A DNA stretch of 64,000 nt from Promethearchaeota archaeon (GTDB lineage Archaea; Asgardarchaeota; Hermodarchaeia; Hermodarchaeales; Hermodarchaeaceae), in assembly GCA_048939595.1 (NCBI GenBank), contig JBHLPI010000002.1, positions 13,058-77,057 on the forward strand, given 5' to 3'. The position numbers were made by a program, and so were the translations under genes. The notes below the pieces were generated by a model. It was not told the origin of the DNA. It was given only the letters and a program-made list of their open reading frames with translations, and made no database searches. Positions 8,265 to 16,516 of this stretch are shown in pieces (the stretch's first letter is position 1; the number at the start of each line of letters is the position of its first letter).

Positions 8265-11200
8265 GTGATTGGTCGTCAAGAAAGAGGAGTAATCATCGTG
8301 GTTTGTTTTATAGTGATGATTCTATTACAAGTAGGTTTTTGCCCAAGAATTATTCCTTTGCCTTCTCAGGGTCCAATTGCCCTTCACAAACCTCAAATTT
8401 TAGAATTAAAACCAACTGAATCAGAGAATAGTAAGCAAGAGAAGTTACCCAGCAATAGCAGCTGGATTCCTCTCCTGAGTGGATTTGCTGCTGATTCTCC
8501 GCCGCAGGCATTTGTTACAATAGCCCAACCAGCAAAGCTTCAGATTAAGTCACTCATCCCAGGATTATGGGAATTCCCAGTCAATGTGGGAAAACCACCG
8601 CTACCATTTAACGAACTTCGGATCCCCTTTAGCGGGTTCTTAACTGAAATGGGAAACCCAGAGGTACCTATAATAACCCGTTTAATCGAGGTTCCACTTG
8701 GAGCCGATATTCAAATAACCAAGATTACTTCCGAAGAAGCCATTTATACTAACCTAGTTGTTAGACCCCACCAAGGACCGATATTTGACCATCCCAATTT
8801 CGTTAATCCTCCATTCCAACAAAATAGTACAACCTATTTCCCTGGGATAAGTCAATGGTTTCCTTCAAGGGTTGCCTATCTTTCAGGAAGCCACCATTCG
8901 AATCCGATAGTTATTCGTGGTCACCGTGTTGTAGCGCTTAATATCCTTCCTGTCCAATTCAATGGTGCTACCAATAGTTGTAGAATAATATCTCAAATTA
9001 ACATCGAACTTAGCTTTCAGAATACGCCATTAGCTCCAATAGATACCCGCCTAGTTTCACCCGACTTTGAATCTCTTTTGGAACACACATTATTGAATTA
9101 TCAAACAATCTCTATTCCGTCAGTTCCAACGCCTCTCCAAAAAAATGAACCTATGCAATCATCCAATAGTGCCGATTATCTCATAATCACAACAAACGCT
9201 TTCAAGAGTGCTGTTTTAGAATTAGCAGAGTGGAAACGACAAAAAGGATTCTTTACAAGAATCGTTACTGTTGAAGATGATATATACGAGCCTGCAAGTG
9301 ATACTTATCAAGAAAAGGTTGATGACCTAACTGAGTATATTAAATTCGCTTATGAAAATTGGAGTCCAGCACCAGCCTATGTGCTATTCGTAGGCGACTC
9401 TGATCACATTCCACCTCATTATGGAATGTGGCATGAGATGCATCTAGGAGGCATAGCAACAGATTTACCATACTTTACAGTTGATGGACCAGATTACATT
9501 CCTGATATTCATTATGGTCGTTTGTCTGTGGACACCGTCGCAGATGTCACCAATATAATGAGTAAAATTCAAGACTATGAAAAACAGCCACCTACTGATC
9601 CTAACTTCTATCGAACAATAACCTCACTTGCAGGGGATAGTTTTGAGCATGTTGATACGATGAATTATATCAACGAATATCTCGGCGATTTGGGTATTAC
9701 TCGAAATGAGTTCACTGATGATGACATTCCAGGTATAAAATCAAGTATTGCCGCAGGAAATACTCTAGTGTATTATTATGGTCATGGCGATGCCAATAAT
9801 TACTATGCCTTTCACGGTCCTCAACCTACATTTGACGGCTGGTGGAATCCCCCATTTTATAAAGAGCACTTTGAAGAATTTTCAGTGGGATACCATGAAT
9901 GGCCTCTCGTTCTTAGCTTAGCGTGTAACACTGGATGGTTTGATGGAGAAACTGATATTGAGTCAACCGAAGGTATATACCGAGATTACTATGATGATAC
10001 AAATCCTATTGGGAATGTAAATATCGATGGGTTCTGTGAATTAGCCACACGTTTGGGAAATGATAAGGGGGCTATTGCCGTTGTTGGTTCGACTCGCTGT
10101 TCAGAATTAAAGTCCAACAAATTCTTTCTGCTTGGAATGATTGATGCATTATGGGATGGGTTCAATCAGGAATATTCAGTGGGAAGACACTTGAACCTTG
10201 GTCAAATGATGTGGTACGGTAAGATGATGTGTTTCAGCGCCTTCAATCTGGAATCACCTCTCACACAGTTAGCCTTTGAATTGTACCATCTCTTTGGAGA
10301 TCCAGAATTAACTATCTATACTCAAAAGCCAGATGAGCTTTTGGTTTCATATAATCAACATATCGGTTTTGGTGGACCTCAGTCATTTTGGGTAACCGTT
10401 GCTTCCTCGCAGGATCCTGAGCTCATGGTTCAATCAGCTAAGGTCTGTGTGCATGGTGAAACCGTCCACGAGGTTTTCTATACTAATCGAGATGGAGTAG
10501 CTGAATGCAAGATTACTCCAACCCAAAGCGAGGTACTGACGATTACTGTCACTCACAAAGATTTCATCCCATATCAGAACGAAATAGCTGTGTGTTCACA
10601 AGAAGCATGGATAACAGTCACACCAAAGGATGGGGTGACAAACACACCTCTAATTGTGCATGGTGAGAATTTCAATCCACAAGAAGAAGTAAAAATTGAT
10701 TTCGGAGTGCTCAGAGAACTCTTTACATTCAGTATTCAGGGTTCATCTTTTGACGAGCAGATTTCTGTTCCTTCTGGTACCGCCCCTCAAGAAACTATCG
10801 TGGCCTACCAATCGGATCGGTGCGCCACATTTGCTTTTGGTCGATGGGATAATCGTCCAGATTTAGCGATTTATTCCCAATGGGATGAGTCAACCTGGTA
10901 TCTGAATCCTGTGGGTTCAGGGCAGGATACGAATCCGCGGTGGAATAATCCGTGTATCCGGTTGATGAATATTGGCTCTCCGATTCCTGTCGGTACTTAT
11001 GGAATGGTTCCTATAGGGCGGTATACGATAGAAGCCGATGTGTATAACATCTCTCCCGAAGATGCGCATGGCACGACGGTGCTTTTCGAGTGGAGTCAAT
11101 GGGGAATAGGGCAGACTGAATGGATAAAAATCACAGAATCAATCCCGCTTACAGTGCTTGGAAATGACAAAACGATGTTTTTTGCAGCCTTCACAATTTC

Positions 11201-11741
11201 CGAAGAGATGAATGTGTGCATTCGAGTAACAATTAACCACCCTAATGATTTGAATCCGAACAACAATATTGGAGTTGAGAATTATCAGACTTTGTTCATT
11301 GGACCACGCGCTCACAATACAGGCACAATTAATATCCCATTATACCAAGAAGTTCCTCGTTTGGATTTAAATTGGAGCACTAATCAAAATATTGATACTG
11401 AATGGATTGCTGACCTCTCTCGTCCAGGAGATTCTGAAGGCCCGTCTACTTTGGGAGAACACCCGACATTAGAATTCTTAACACCGGATGATGTTTCTAT
11501 CTCGAATTTCCAACGAACATATGTCATAACAGGTTTTGTTGGGAGAAATATAATTAGTGGCGTTGAGATTACTATATCTCGGGCGAGCCAAGCGCCATAT
11601 GACCCCTTGTATCACATAAGGAACCTTGTTTTATTAAATTGGCCAATTGTGTTACTCATTCTCCTAATACTTATCATTGTAATCCTTTACCTTTGGATTC
11701 GCCGCCGAAAAAAACGGCAGCAGAAGCACACCAAGGATTAG
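8265..11741 (+). CDS. Secreted peptidase C25 (gingipain-like) family protein with C-terminal Ig-like/beta domains and a C-terminal TM plus basic anchor.
   Basis: A GTG start follows a GGAGGG Shine-Dalgarno-like sequence, and an N-terminal signal peptide is present. C25 hallmarks are DYLIITTNAFKSAVLELAEWKRQKGF, YYYGHGDAN and LSLACNTGWFDGE (catalytic His/Cys context). The C terminus reads WPIVLLILLILIIVILYLWIRRRKKRQQK. Confidence 0.7.
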   Translation: MIGRQERGVIIVVCFIVMILLQVGFCPRIIPLPSQGPIALHKPQILELKPTESENSKQEKLPSNSSWIPLLSGFAADSPPQAFVTIAQPAKLQIKSLIPGLWEFPVNVGKPPLPFNELRIPFSGFLTEMGNPEVPIITRLIEVPLGADIQITKITSEEAIYTNLVVRPHQGPIFDHPNFVNPPFQQNSTTYFPGISQWFPSRVAYLSGSHHSNPIVIRGHRVVALNILPVQFNGATNSCRIISQINIELSFQNTPLAPIDTRLVSPDFESLLEHTLLNYQTISIPSVPTPLQKNEPMQSSNSADYLIITTNAFKSAVLELAEWKRQKGFFTRIVTVEDDIYEPASDTYQEKVDDLTEYIKFAYENWSPAPAYVLFVGDSDHIPPHYGMWHEMHLGGIATDLPYFTVDGPDYIPDIHYGRLSVDTVADVTNIMSKIQDYEKQPPTDPNFYRTITSLAGDSFEHVDTMNYINEYLGDLGITRNEFTDDDIPGIKSSIAAGNTLVYYYGHGDANNYYAFHGPQPTFDGWWNPPFYKEHFEEFSVGYHEWPLVLSLACNTGWFDGETDIESTEGIYRDYYDDTNPIGNVNIDGFCELATRLGNDKGAIAVVGSTRCSELKSNKFFLLGMIDALWDGFNQEYSVGRHLNLGQMMWYGKMMCFSAFNLESPLTQLAFELYHLFGDPELTIYTQKPDELLVSYNQHIGFGGPQSFWVTVASSQDPELMVQSAKVCVHGETVHEVFYTNRDGVAECKITPTQSEVLTITVTHKDFIPYQNEIAVCSQEAWITVTPKDGVTNTPLIVHGENFNPQEEVKIDFGVLRELFTFSIQGSSFDEQISVPSGTAPQETIVAYQSDRCATFAFGRWDNRPDLAIYSQWDESTWYLNPVGSGQDTNPRWNNPCIRLMNIGSPIPVGTYGMVPIGRYTIEADVYNISPEDAHGTTVLFEWSQWGIGQTEWIKITESIPLTVLGNDKTMFFAAFTISEEMNVCIRVTINHPNDLNPNNNIGVENYQTLFIGPRAHNTGTINIPLYQEVPRLDLNWSTNQNIDTEWIADLSRPGDSEGPSTLGEHPTLEFLTPDDVSISNFQRTYVITGFVGRNIISGVEITISRASQAPYDPLYHIRNLVLLNWPIVLLILLILIIVILYLWIRRRKKRQQKHTKD

Positions 11742-11844
11742 ACATTCCTTGCCAATATTCGCTAATTCGAAGCATGGTAGTGAAAGGGAAGCGCTTTTCT
11801 TACAAGTTCAACAGGTTGCGAATAAAAAAGGAGCTGGGTAGTAA

Positions 11845-12282
11845 TTGAATCCGCTAGAAGCATTCCCTTTCAAGAATATGCAGATTATCGTCGATTTAGT
11901 GGCAAAGGGGGAAGTGGGGATTTCGGAGATTCGGTCCGCTACGGGGATGTGTAGTTTTGATTCCACAGAGGTGTCAGACATACTTGCTTATTTGACAGGC
12001 TTTGGTCGCGTTGAAGCCAAGGAGGAGGGGTGGATGATTCATAGTCCAGAGACGAAAGTGGTGTATGAGCGATTTCGCAAAGCATTTCTCGAGGACGCTG
12101 TACTGATTCTCTCTAATTTATCAGATGAAACCAAATCTGTTGACAAATTGGCTCAGGAAACCGGTCTTAAACCCGAAAGGATTGATTTGTATTTACCTTT
12201 TCTTGCGGAGATTACTCGATTAGGTGTCATTAGTCGGTGTTCCACCGAGTACCCAATTATGTGGTGTATCCAGTCAGAATAA
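11845..12282 (+). CDS. Hypothetical protein, possibly tandem winged-helix.
   Basis: The 145-aa ORF lies immediately downstream of the C25 peptidase gene. I recognise no family for it. Confidence 0.35.
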   Translation: MNPLEAFPFKNMQIIVDLVAKGEVGISEIRSATGMCSFDSTEVSDILAYLTGFGRVEAKEEGWMIHSPETKVVYERFRKAFLEDAVLILSNLSDETKSVDKLAQETGLKPERIDLYLPFLAEITRLGVISRCSTEYPIMWCIQSE

Positions 12283-12555
12283 CTGGTCGAGTTGGGGATT
12301 TCGGTTAAAAGCGTCCGGCGTAGCAAGCTCCATGGCATTGAATTGTTTCCATAGACCATCTTTTCCACGGAAGGTGGGGGTGTTCGATTCTTTGGAACAC
12401 AAAGACAATCCTGAAGAATAGAATAAAGGGAAAAAAGGTATTTCTTCAGTTCTTGCGTTTTCTCCATGACACTAATGTGAGGACTGAATACTCCCATATT
12501 ACATAATAATAAAGAATAGAAGAACTGATGAAGAAGATATTTGAAAATTTTCAAT

Positions 12556-12783
12556 CTATTCTCTCTCTAAGAGGACACCCCAACTAGTGATTCCCACAAC
12601 CTTCCAACCATATTTTGCCATCAGATTTGCTGCCTTAATGGGGTTAGCTGGTGCGACGCGCTTTTGACCTTCGGCATGAACAAAGACATACCGTGATTGA
12701 ATCTTATCAGGATCGATTTTTCCAGAGAGAATATCTCTATCATGAAACGTGACTTTTTCATCCATTTGAGTACCCCCTTCCAA
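12556..12783 (-). CDS. Hypothetical protein of 75 aa.
   Basis: This ORF appears in the ORF track. I recognise no family for it. Confidence 0.3.
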   Translation of the reverse strand: MEGGTQMDEKVTFHDRDILSGKIDPDKIQSRYVFVHAEGQKRVAPANPIKAANLMAKYGWKVVGITSWGVLLERE

Positions 12784-12968
12784 AAGTAACGAGGTTTCTA
12801 CTTATTAGACTTATTTAGGGATAATTAGGGATTTCGCGGAAGATTGGGAAATGAATAAAGTTCTATATAGCAGAGAAGGCATTTCGAATGACTAACAGAG
12901 CTCCGATTTATTAGTGCAATTTTTGGTTAACCACATTTAAGTTCGAACAATGCTTAACGCACGAACAA

Positions 12969-13118
12969 TTAATCGAACGAAAAGGACCGTACACATAATT
13001 TTTTTATATTCAAAAAATCAGAGAATTCTTGTTGTTCTTGGGATATCCCTGCTCCTGTTAGAGCAACAAGGTAGTTTGCCCTCTTAATAATATCTGCAGC
13101 CTTTTTGATGGAGTTCAT
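12969..13118 (-). pseudogene. Remnant of a Sir2 (sirtuin) N terminus: 26 aa of sirtuin-like sequence, then out of frame.
   Basis: Minus-strand translation gives MNSIKKAADIIKRANYLVALTGAGIS, the canonical sirtuin Rossmann start (VVLTGAGIS). It is followed by unrelated residues and a stop after 49 aa. Confidence 0.45.
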
Positions 13119-13248
13119 GGAAGGCTTAGCTCCGTCTTGTGAAATTTAAAGAGAAAAGTACTATTTAGCTTGTGCCAGCTTAAATCAAGGATAAGAGGAC
13201 AGCTTTTATAGGAGAACTGGGGGATGGCGGCAAGAGAGCTGATTCGTT

Positions 13249-13794
13249 ATGACGGAAGTTAGGTTACCATCTTGGCTTCGTTGGCTGAACTTCTTTATGG
13301 GCATCATCGCTTTCATCGTTGGTGTCTCAGTGATTTTGTATCCCGATATCTGGGTCGCATGGGGCATTGTAATCTTAGGGTTAATCTATCTGGTGAAAGT
13401 GAGTATCCGAATGTATGGAGGAGTCACATATGCCCAGTTCCCGTTATGGCAGCAGGCATTAAGCATCATCATTGGACTCGCACTGATCTTCCTTGGTCTT
13501 CCCGTGATTCTTGTTCCCGGCTTTGGTGATGCCTGGCTAAACATTCTGATCCTAACCGCACTTCTCTTGATTGGCGTTGACCAAATCATGACCGGCTTGT
13601 TCGTGAAGACAAACACATCTACTCGCCGAATCCTTCACATCGTCTTCGGGTTCATCTTGATTATCCTTGGCATAGTCAACTTCCTGTACTTTGGCCTGGG
13701 GATCTGGATTACCCTCTACATCATCGCCTTCGCCCTTGTCATCATTGGACTCGATTCCCTCATCCAAGGACTTACTGGATATCGTTCCGTGTAA
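13249..13794 (+). CDS. DUF308/HdeD-like polytopic membrane protein.
   Basis: The ORF has six predicted TM helices and repeated GxxxIxxG-type motifs. Confidence 0.55.
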   Translation: MTEVRLPSWLRWLNFFMGIIAFIVGVSVILYPDIWVAWGIVILGLIYLVKVSIRMYGGVTYAQFPLWQQALSIIIGLALIFLGLPVILVPGFGDAWLNILILTALLLIGVDQIMTGLFVKTNTSTRRILHIVFGFILIILGIVNFLYFGLGIWITLYIIAFALVIIGLDSLIQGLTGYRSV

Positions 13795-13950
13795 CAGCCA
13801 TAGATGGGATGGATACATGATGATTCTCAGTCGCTCCTTATGGGGTGGCTGACTTTCTCTCTTTCCTTTAGTCCTAGAATGGATTGAGCCTGTGTAATTC
13901 ACACAGTAGTTATAGCGGATATAGAGCAGGCACTGACTAAGGCTTTAAAT

Positions 13951-14340
13951 AATGTCTGAGTCGACTACAAAATCAATGTCCATCTGGTTCAAATGGACAA
14001 ACATCATCATCGGAATTATCGCGATAATCCTTGTATAGCAATCGTGTTCTTTCCTTTCGTGTTCCTCGAAACCTTTGTAGTATTTCTTGGTGTACTCCTG
14101 ATCTTTACTGGGCTTCTCAAGACGATTTACAGCTATTCACAAACGGCATATCCAAACTGACTCTGGTATACAACAGTGCTTTTTGTTGTTCTTATCCTCG
14201 TCCTTGGAACAGATCTTGATAAAGTTCTTCTTCAACTTGGCATTATTCCTGATAAATGGTCTCAAAATGGAACTTGCTCTTCTCGCCATTGTTATCAGAT
14301 TTTTTTTCTTCTTCCGGTCAAAGGAGAAGTTCGACTCATT
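13951..14340 (+). pseudogene. Second HdeD/DUF308-like gene broken by frameshifts.
   Basis: The sequence MSESTTKSMSIWFKWTNIIIGIIAIILV runs into a stop. The +1 frame continues AIVFFPFVFLETFVVFLGVLLIFTGLLK, and a third frame continues MLFVVLILVLGTDLDK. This is a paralog of 13249-13794 spread over three frames. Confidence 0.4.
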
Positions 14341-15934
14341 GTAGACGTCTTCGTCGAATGAAGATGCACATTAGTAATGCTATCAGGATTAAAGACCCGA
14401 GCAGGAGGACCATTGGGGCGAGCCAGGGATTAAAGAGAGTTGGCGGGATGAGTGATATTGTCACAGTGATAGTATTACTCCAAGGTCCCAGTAGGTTTGA
14501 GTTATCACGAGCACGAACGCGAAAATAGTAGGTGCCTATTGGAGGATTGGAGAGAAGTTGATTCGTGGCATTTTCATTCCATGTTCGGTCAGGGATATCA
14601 AAGAGGGGGGTTGTATCCATTTGGAGTTCATATCCATCGATTGTGCCATCCCCGTCGTAGGCTTGGGCCCATGAAATGATAAGTGTACCATATGGATTCA
14701 GGATTGTTGGGGGAAGTAATTCCACTGGTCCCGGACTGGTTTCACCATCAAACCCGAACTTGACTAGGAATCCATTCGTTGTGTCGCCCAGCCAACCCAT
14801 AGTTGTGCCGGCGAAATAGTGAGTGTTGACACCTGTGGTAAACCCGAAAGGTTGACAGGGACCAGCACCGCCCCATGCTCGCTCCCAATTGAACTCCCCG
14901 GTGCTGTTGAAGTTGAGTAGATTAGCTCGATATCCTGCGACAGAATCTTCATAATGAGCTCCAACAAAGACCGTGTCTTCAGTGGCAAAAAGACCAAGCC
15001 CTTCGTGGTTTAATCCTGTATTCCTGACCGTCTCCCAGAGCAGGGAATTGGTGCTATTGTATTTGCGCAGAAAAAGGGCACCAGTAGTAGTGGTGCTATA
15101 AGATAGGGAAGAACCGGTGACGTACACACTTTCATTGCATACAGTAACTGCACGTGCAAGGTCCTTTTGACCGGCACCCCAAGTTGTATTCCATACTTGA
15201 ATACCTGTGAATGAGTATTTGGCGAGGAAGGCGTTGTTGCTTGATCCATCCCAAAGACTACCATAATCGCCCACGAGATAAACACCATCGTCTCCCACAG
15301 CAATTCCGAAACTGCGATCAACATCTGCTAGATCCCATGCTTCGGACCAGAGCTCTGTTCCGTCAAAATTAAATTTGGCGATAAGCGCATCCGCATCGTT
15401 GGTACTTGATCGCTGCAAAATTCCCCCAACGTAGACTCCATCTAATCCGATTGCGACGCTGGTAAACCATTCAGAGGAGAAATTTCCAAAGGAGACATTC
15501 CATAATTCGTTCCCGTTGAAATCTAATTTTAGGAGAAGCCCATTTATTCCATAGGGACCTGTGGTGGTTTTTCCAGCTAAATATAGCGCATCATCTGAGG
15601 TGGCTAAGGCATAGGTGGCTTCATCAACTGGGGTATTCCAAGTTAGGTTCCAAAATTGTTCTCCCTCGGTCGAGTATTTTACAAGAAAAATATTCTCGTT
15701 CACAATATCAGCTAAATTGTGGCTAGTTCCCGCAACAAAGACTGCGCCAGTTGTGAATGCCGTAGCAGCAAAACCGTCATTTTGAGGGCGCGTCCAAAGT
15801 ACTCCCCAAGGCTCGCCAAGGGCCATTGTGCTTGCTTCTAAGAGAAGTGGTTGGTGGGCTGTGAACATTGTTGAAGTGATTAGACCTGTTAAAAGAACTG
15901 AAAGGATGAGGAAAGCCGTTCCGTGGGGTTTCAT
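14336..15934 (-). CDS. Secreted beta-propeller (PQQ/BamB-like repeat) protein with a fibronectin-III-like domain and a C-terminal TM plus RRRR anchor.
   Basis: A signal peptide is present. Repeated motifs include FLVKY..G...W, LIAKFNFDGTELW and FLAKYSFTGIQVW. The C terminus reads MVLLLGSLILIALLMCIFIRRRRLQ. Confidence 0.6.
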   Translation of the reverse strand: MKPHGTAFLILSVLLTGLITSTMFTAHQPLLLEASTMALGEPWGVLWTRPQNDGFAATAFTTGAVFVAGTSHNLADIVNENIFLVKYSTEGEQFWNLTWNTPVDEATYALATSDDALYLAGKTTTGPYGINGLLLKLDFNGNELWNVSFGNFSSEWFTSVAIGLDGVYVGGILQRSSTNDADALIAKFNFDGTELWSEAWDLADVDRSFGIAVGDDGVYLVGDYGSLWDGSSNNAFLAKYSFTGIQVWNTTWGAGQKDLARAVTVCNESVYVTGSSLSYSTTTTGALFLRKYNSTNSLLWETVRNTGLNHEGLGLFATEDTVFVGAHYEDSVAGYRANLLNFNSTGEFNWERAWGGAGPCQPFGFTTGVNTHYFAGTTMGWLGDTTNGFLVKFGFDGETSPGPVELLPPTILNPYGTLIISWAQAYDGDGTIDGYELQMDTTPLFDIPDRTWNENATNQLLSNPPIGTYYFRVRARDNSNLLGPWSNTITVTISLIPPTLFNPWLAPMVLLLGSLILIALLMCIFIRRRRLQ

Positions 15935-16015
15935 GGTTCATATGACCTCGGTTCGTCCTTTGGTTTATCCATCAGTTCAGGTATTTGAGGCTTCGTTTCA
16001 AGGCAGACGTTAGCT

Positions 16016-16459
16016 TTAAAGGCTTTTGAGGGCTTGGCGGATTTTCTCGGCTTGTTGTTGCATCTTCTCATCAGGTGGTGTCTTCCCATAATCGGGACCA
16101 ACTTGAAGTCGTAATCCATCACCCTCGAATCGTGGAATTACGTGGATATGAATATGGGGGACTTCTTGGAACGCAGCCTTTCCATCCGCAAGCCAGACAT
16201 TAATTCCCTCACACCGAAGCCCTGATTTCCGAAGAGCTGCTGCAATCTGTCCTGCAACTTGGAAGAGTCGCCCACCTAGTTGGGAGTCCAATTCCTTCAG
16301 ATTGGCAGTATGAGCCTTCGGAATGACGAGAGTATGGCCGGGATTGATAGGTCTGATGTCTAAGAAGGCAATGATTTCGCCGTCCTCATAGACCACATTT
16401 GCTGGAATTTCTTTTGCCACAATTTTACAGAAAATGCAATCGGCGGATGATTCACTCAT
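16016..16459 (-). CDS. HIT family (histidine triad) hydrolase.
   Basis: The HVHIHVIPR motif HxHxHxx is present, along with CIFCKI. Confidence 0.85.
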   Translation of the reverse strand: MSESSADCIFCKIVAKEIPANVVYEDGEIIAFLDIRPINPGHTLVIPKAHTANLKELDSQLGGRLFQVAGQIAAALRKSGLRCEGINVWLADGKAAFQEVPHIHIHVIPRFEGDGLRLQVGPDYGKTPPDEKMQQQAEKIRQALKSL

Positions 16460-16516
16460 AACTGTGACTAGGTGTTTCCCGTTGATAAATGCCTATGTTT
16501 GCTATGAGAGAATGAA

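Noticed and set aside
12360-12400. A tRNA-like T-arm motif GGGGGTGTTCGATTC.
   Set aside because: The flanks form no acceptor, D or anticodon stems. No canonical GTTCRAATCC is present.
12153-12554. Minus-strand 133-aa ORF and plus-strand 65-aa ORF in the AT-rich spacer after 11845-12282.
   Set aside because: Their composition is low-complexity and AT-rich. The ORFs overlap on opposite strands and there is no motif support.
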